From contig JAPLFL010000048.1 of assembly GCA_026390695.1 (NCBI GenBank), positions 339 to 64,338 on the forward strand: a stretch of DNA of 64,000 nucleotides. The letters are read 5' to 3'. The DNA is from Candidatus Kapaibacterium sp. Its GTDB lineage: Bacteria; Bacteroidota; Ignavibacteria; Kapaibacteriales; UBA2268. Made by a program: the position numbers and the translations under genes. The notes under the pieces are model-generated. The model had not been told where the DNA came from, made no database searches, and saw nothing but the letters and a program-made list of their open reading frames with translations. Positions 59,700 through 64,000 of the stretch are shown one piece after another (position 1 is the first letter of the stretch; every line of letters starts with the position of its first letter).

Positions 59700-61694
59700 T
59701 CACTCCAGCTTCAAAACCTGCTTCTCGCAACTTCCATTGCCAGTTTTCACTGTCAAGGTATAAACTCCAGCACTAAGCTGCCCAGGCAGACTAATTTTTA
59801 TATTATTCTCTCCAGATTCTAAATAATAATAATCTGAAAATACAATTTCACCCATTATAGAATATATACGAAAAGTCGCTGCTGTACTTGTTGTTGAATT
59901 AATTTTTGCCGTAAAAGTATCTTCAAATGGTGTGGGACTTATTGATTCGATTGTTAGAGATTTAATCATATCTTGATCATCGACGGAATTAATATTCATT
60001 TTAATAAAATTTTTCTCAATCTTCTGGACACAGGAATCCGGGAAAAATACTTTTACTGTTAATTTCCCTGCTCCTGTACTATCCCAGTGAACTCTCACTC
60101 TGCTATTGGAGATATAGAGATTAATTTTACCACCGCTCAAATTCCACTCGGTTAACCTATTTGATGGATTTTTAATTTCATAATATTGCTCCCAGCCCAT
60201 GCAAGCGGTATCGGAGCCACTTATGGATGGTTCAACGAAATATGGTGAAAATTGCTGCTGAATAGTTGTTGAATCAGAACAGGAATTATTACCCGATTTA
60301 ACAATTAATTTCAAGGTGGCATTGTTTCGATCTGTCCATATTACTTTTATAATTTGCGAGGAATCCGAACCTATTATTGTTCCGTTTTCGGCAATCCAAT
60401 TCTGATAACTGAAATTCACAGCATTAGAATACGATTTCACTGTATCCATATAGCATGAGTAGCTATTTCCGGTGATTATCGGCTTGATGCCGGTATTAAA
60501 CATTTTAACATCAAAATTTGATGAATATCTGCAATTGGTCGAATCGGGATCAATTAATAAAGATAAATTTCCTGTTTTTCCTGCTTCCCAAATTACCTGA
60601 ACATCCCTGTCAGTGCTGCTACCTGTGATATTTCCGTTGCTTGCAGTCCATTTGAATACTTTGCTATAAGTGCCCTGATATGTATAATTAATCTGTTCGC
60701 TGCCACAGTAAACCCGCGCCCCGCTTATTATTGAATCAGTGAAGCCGAGAGGCTGACTAATGTATTGAAAGTTTTGAGTCAAAGAATGTTTCTTCCAGCT
60801 AAGGCTGACATCACCGCCCGTACAATCACTCAACCATGAGAAAGTACAATAATTGCCGCTATTAGGTGCTAATGAATCCAAAATGGTTTCGCACTGCATT
60901 GAGTCAGGGGTTTCATAATATTTTCCTCCGGTTTTTTGTGCCATATCTTTCAATTCCTGAGTTGCAGGTATTCCTATTGCTATTGTATTAATAATACCAT
61001 TCAGATTAAGGCAATCAAATATAACTTTATTAGGATCGAAAATACCTCCTTCGTCAGGAAATCCATCTGTCATAAAGAATATTATTGGCTTGTATTTTGC
61101 CCGGTTTGCAACATTTAAAGCACCTGTAGCTCTTCCCCATTTATCTTTACTCAATGGAGGGACGCCGTAAAAAGCTTCATGATATTTTGTAGAACCATCG
61201 CCTTTTAAATAGTAGATGGAATCTAAAACCACTCTGACACTATCATACTTTTTTGGCCCACTAATATTTATAAAATCACATTTTAAAGATGCAATAGAAG
61301 AAAAAGTAATTATACAAATTTCTGAATTTTCCGGAACTCGCCCTACAATAATATTCAACATTTTTTTCATATACATTAACCGAGATATTCCGTTTGTAAT
61401 TAAACTGCCTTGCATGGAAGTAGAAACATCACAAACAAAAATAAAAGAATTATAACTGGTGTAGCAATCAATATTCTGAATGCTTCGATTAAGTCCACCG
61501 TCTGTCAGCAGAAATTCATTTGTATCTGATAATGAAAACTGATGATTTACTAAATCTTTAATATTCAGATAAGCCGATATAATCGGAGATTTACTCGCAT
61601 CGGTACCAATTACTTTTAATGCTTGAGCTTGCAAAATGTTTGAAAAAACGAGTCCTGAAGCTATTATACAAACTGCAACAATAATATTTTTCAT
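59700..61694 (-). CDS. Secreted von Willebrand factor A domain protein with a T9SS C-terminal sorting domain
   Basis: Signal peptide MKNIIVAVCIIASGLVFSNILQAQA; MIDAS CDVSTSMQG; C-terminal ...SAGVYTLTVKTGNGSCEKQVLKLE. The track ORF starts at 61718. Confidence 0.75.
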   Translation of the reverse strand: MKNIIVAVCIIASGLVFSNILQAQALKVIGTDASKSPIISAYLNIKDLVNHQFSLSDTNEFLLTDGGLNRSIQNIDCYTSYNSFIFVCDVSTSMQGSLITNGISRLMYMKKMLNIIVGRVPENSEICIITFSSIASLKCDFINISGPKKYDSVRVVLDSIYYLKGDGSTKYHEAFYGVPPLSKDKWGRATGALNVANRAKYKPIIFFMTDGFPDEGGIFDPNKVIFDCLNLNGIINTIAIGIPATQELKDMAQKTGGKYYETPDSMQCETILDSLAPNSGNYCTFSWLSDCTGGDVSLSWKKHSLTQNFQYISQPLGFTDSIISGARVYCGSEQINYTYQGTYSKVFKWTASNGNITGSSTDRDVQVIWEAGKTGNLSLLIDPDSTNCRYSSNFDVKMFNTGIKPIITGNSYSCYMDTVKSYSNAVNFSYQNWIAENGTIIGSDSSQIIKVIWTDRNNATLKLIVKSGNNSCSDSTTIQQQFSPYFVEPSISGSDTACMGWEQYYEIKNPSNRLTEWNLSGGKINLYISNSRVRVHWDSTGAGKLTVKVFFPDSCVQKIEKNFIKMNINSVDDQDMIKSLTIESISPTPFEDTFTAKINSTTSTAATFRIYSIMGEIVFSDYYYLESGENNIKISLPGQLSAGVYTLTVKTGNGSCEKQVLKLE

Positions 61695-61947
61695 TTTAAC
61701 TCTGTATATGATAAACAATTTTATTCAAATTTAGTCTCTTCTCTTTTTGGGGGAAGGTTAAATCAATAATCAAATATAATAAAAATTTTCAGTGATTGCA
61801 AACTTTTATTAACAAACAATAAAAATAACCTATTCTCAGAAAAAATCAATTTAAATTAATCTCAATTTTCTTTCGTCTTTAGGCACTTATTCTTGTAAAA
61901 ATTCATTAATTTTATGAGATTTGTTTATTTGTAATTTGGAGTCTTTA

Positions 61948-63174
61948 ATGAAATATGTTTTAATAATTTTAGCAATAGCAATCTTTGCTTCCAATGCGTC
62001 TTTTGCTCAGGATAAACCCAAAGACAAAGCTGCCTTTGAAGTTCATAAAAGTGAATTTTGGGATACAATAAAAAAATCAAATGATGATTTTATCAAAAAG
62101 CAAGAAAAACCGGAGAAAAAATCTTTTAAAGTTGATCTCTCGGGATATAAATTTCCTAAAAAGATTGATGAATTTGAACGCTGCTGGTACAATGCTCCCG
62201 TTTCACAGGGTAATACAGGGACTTGCTGGTGCTACAGCGGAACATCATTCCTTGAATCGGAAATTTACAGAATCACAAAGCAAGAAATTAAAATCTCCGA
62301 AATGTTTACCGTCTATTGGGAATATGTGGAAAAAGCCCGTCGTTTCGTTCGGGAGCGTGGAAATTCAGTTTTTAGCGAAGGCTCGCAGCAAGGCGGAGTT
62401 TTACGCCAGTGGAAAGAATATGGCTGTGTCCCTTATTCTGATTATACAGGTCTAAAATCAGGCCAAACCTTCAATGACCATACAAAAATGGTTGGCGAAA
62501 TGACAAATTATCTTCAAACTGTAAAAACTCAGAACTCTTGGAATGAAGAGACAATACTCGCTACTATTAAATCAATTTTAAATTTCTATCTCGGTGTCCC
62601 ACCATCAGAAATTACTTTTAATAGTAAGAAGATGACACCAAAAGAGTTTTGCACAAACGTTGCGAAAATAAATACTGATGATTATGTTGATATTTATTCA
62701 ATGATGGAAAAACCTTATTGGGAAAAATGTGAGTATGAAGTGCCAGATAATTGGTGGAAGAGTGCAAATTATTATAATGTACCGCTTGATGATTTCATGG
62801 ATGCTTTGAAATCAGCAATCAAAGCAAATTATACGATTACAATCGGCGGAGATGTCTCTGAAGCGGGTTATGACTCTCATGCTAAAGTCGGTATGATTCC
62901 AACATTCGATATTCCATCAGAATATATAGATGAAAATGCCCGTCAGTTCCGTTTTTCAAACCAAACCACGACCGATGATCATGGCATTCATATTGTCGGA
63001 TATAAGGTTATTGATGGGAAATACTGGTTCTTGATTAAGGATTCGGGAAGTGGTTCAAAAAATGTTGAGCCCAAGGGATATTATTTTTATCACGAAGATT
63101 ATGTAAAATTAAAAATGACAACATATTTGGTTCACAAAGATGCTGTAAGTTCTTTGATTAAAAAGTTTAAATAG
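61948..63174 (+). CDS. Papain-family (C1B) cysteine peptidase, aminopeptidase C / bleomycin-hydrolase-like, with signal peptide
   Basis: Active-site region NAPVSQGNTGTCWCYSGTSFLESE (QG..GTCW). The track ORF starts at 61921; MKYVLIIL is preferred. Confidence 0.75.
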   Translation: MKYVLIILAIAIFASNASFAQDKPKDKAAFEVHKSEFWDTIKKSNDDFIKKQEKPEKKSFKVDLSGYKFPKKIDEFERCWYNAPVSQGNTGTCWCYSGTSFLESEIYRITKQEIKISEMFTVYWEYVEKARRFVRERGNSVFSEGSQQGGVLRQWKEYGCVPYSDYTGLKSGQTFNDHTKMVGEMTNYLQTVKTQNSWNEETILATIKSILNFYLGVPPSEITFNSKKMTPKEFCTNVAKINTDDYVDIYSMMEKPYWEKCEYEVPDNWWKSANYYNVPLDDFMDALKSAIKANYTITIGGDVSEAGYDSHAKVGMIPTFDIPSEYIDENARQFRFSNQTTTDDHGIHIVGYKVIDGKYWFLIKDSGSGSKNVEPKGYYFYHEDYVKLKMTTYLVHKDAVSSLIKKFK

Positions 63175-63187
63175 TGGTTTATAAACA

Positions 63188-63222
63188 CACCCCCTAACCC
63201 CCTCTTATTAGAGGGGGAACTG
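63188..63222 (+). terminator. Stem-loop terminator (CCCCCTC-TTATTA-GAGGGGG) followed by a T-run at 63231..63240
   Basis: Hairpin read from sequence, immediately after the peptidase stop codon. Confidence 0.55.
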
Positions 63223-63250
63223 GAAAGTTGTTTTTTTATTCTATAATATA

Positions 63251-63286
63251 TTCTACTTTCTACTTTTCTACCTTCTACTTTCTATA
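63251..63286. repeat. Tandem heptamer repeat TTCTAC(T)T x5 (reverse orientation of the GTAGAAA family)
   Basis: ttctactttctacttttctaccttctactttctat. Confidence 0.6.
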
Positions 63287-63372
63287 ACCGGGGTAAGATG
63301 GGTGTGTAATGATTTTATAGGTGCTCTTACGAATAAGAGAAATTTTGATTTAAGATTTATTTTGAGGAAAAT

Positions 63373-64000
63373 ATGTTCAAAAAAATAATTGCATTACTGA
63401 TTATCAGTTTTACTTGTTATTCATTTTCATTAGCAGAAGCAGAGAAACATCTTCAGATGCAAGCAAAACCATCGAAGATGAAAGTAGCTGCGGGAGAAAA
63501 GTTTGACGTTAAATTAACAATCGCTATTGCGAAATATTGGTACACTTATGCCCTTATCGAACAGCTAAACAGCGATTCGATCGGCCCTACAAAAACAGAA
63601 ATTTCTTTTGCTCCGGTCAAAACTCTTTCTTTGACTGATTCTATCGTTCCGCCAACACCTTTAAAGCATCTGGACGAAGGATTTAATATTGAAATTAAAT
63701 ATTATAAAGGGAAAATTGAATTTGATCTGAAAGCTAAAGCTGAACGAGATTTGGATTTCACAAAAGATTCAGCATATATTGCAGTTTTCATGCAGCTTTG
63801 CGATACAACAAGTTGTCTGCCTCCGGAAGAAGTCCGCGTACTTATTGGTAAAAATAATCCCGATATTGGAATGGCAACAGGAGAAACCGAGAAAATAGAG
63901 CAAACTAAAACCGATGCCGAAAATGAAATAGACCAGCATATTCAAAAAGGTGTATTCTCATTTATTTGGTTTGCAATGCTTCAGGGCGCATTAGCTCTTT
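63373..64000 (+). CDS. dsbD: Thiol:disulfide interchange protein DsbD-like (N-terminal periplasmic domain followed by the start of the CcdA-type transmembrane domain); 3'-truncated by the window edge
   Basis: Signal peptide MFKKIIALLIISFTCYSFSLA; periplasmic Cys pair LCDTTSC; a hydrophobic segment begins at FSFIWFAMLQGALAL. Open to the window end, so absent from the ORF track. Confidence 0.5.
   Translation, partial: MFKKIIALLIISFTCYSFSLAEAEKHLQMQAKPSKMKVAAGEKFDVKLTIAIAKYWYTYALIEQLNSDSIGPTKTEISFAPVKTLSLTDSIVPPTPLKHLDEGFNIEIKYYKGKIEFDLKAKAERDLDFTKDSAYIAVFMQLCDTTSCLPPEEVRVLIGKNNPDIGMATGETEKIEQTKTDAENEIDQHIQKGVFSFIWFAMLQGALAL

Overview
This is a low-GC (about 35%) bacterial chromosomal window that is densely packed with genes on both strands. 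Several large secreted proteins end in T9SS (Por) C-terminal sorting domains. The ileS / DksA-TraR-like / lspA, recA-recX, and putative Bacteroidota-type omega-nusB arrangements point to the FCB group (Bacteroidota/Ignavibacteriota-like); this is an inference from gene content, not a database hit. Core genes are: GH92 mannosidase (partial); ahcY; metK; a sugar-nucleotidyltransferase; a lysA-like decarboxylase; plsY/plsC; maf; tmk; nuoJ/nuoK; recA/recX; an M16 peptidase; ileS; lspA; rluD; a POT transporter; nusB; PBP1C; a rhomboid; ispG; tRNA-Gln and tRNA-Ala; aspS; lon; cheW; a C1 peptidase; and DsbD (partial). Accessory or unusual content is as follows. (1) A defense islet at 2.4-7.5 kb holds three cassettes: a DUF4160/DUF2442 pair, BrnT/BrnA, and an MmeI-like Type IIG restriction-modification enzyme with a small upstream ORF. 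Three copies of a conserved ~80-bp intergenic repeat punctuate it. It is followed by a 1.3-kb gene-free stretch containing a triple-hairpin array and a TATGCA-motif cluster. (2) Two families of MITE/REP-like palindromic elements share a GTCATTCCnGCGnATGCnGGAATC core (8.5 kb, 47.3 kb, and the recA-recX spacer). (3) The DksA/TraR-family gene between ileS and lspA carries a giant N-terminal extension of eleven or more 63-bp tandem repeats (histone-H1-like KAAPAKPAPKKIEAPK units plus an AT-hook), interrupted by a single-base +1 frameshift. (4) An orphan cheW is translationally juxtaposed to a single-chain beta-class DNA methyltransferase carrying a C-terminal Mrr-like PD-(D/E)xK nuclease domain. 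(5) Short GTAGAAA tandem heptamer repeats recur at three intergenic loci. All calls are from reading the sequence and ORF translations; no database search was run.
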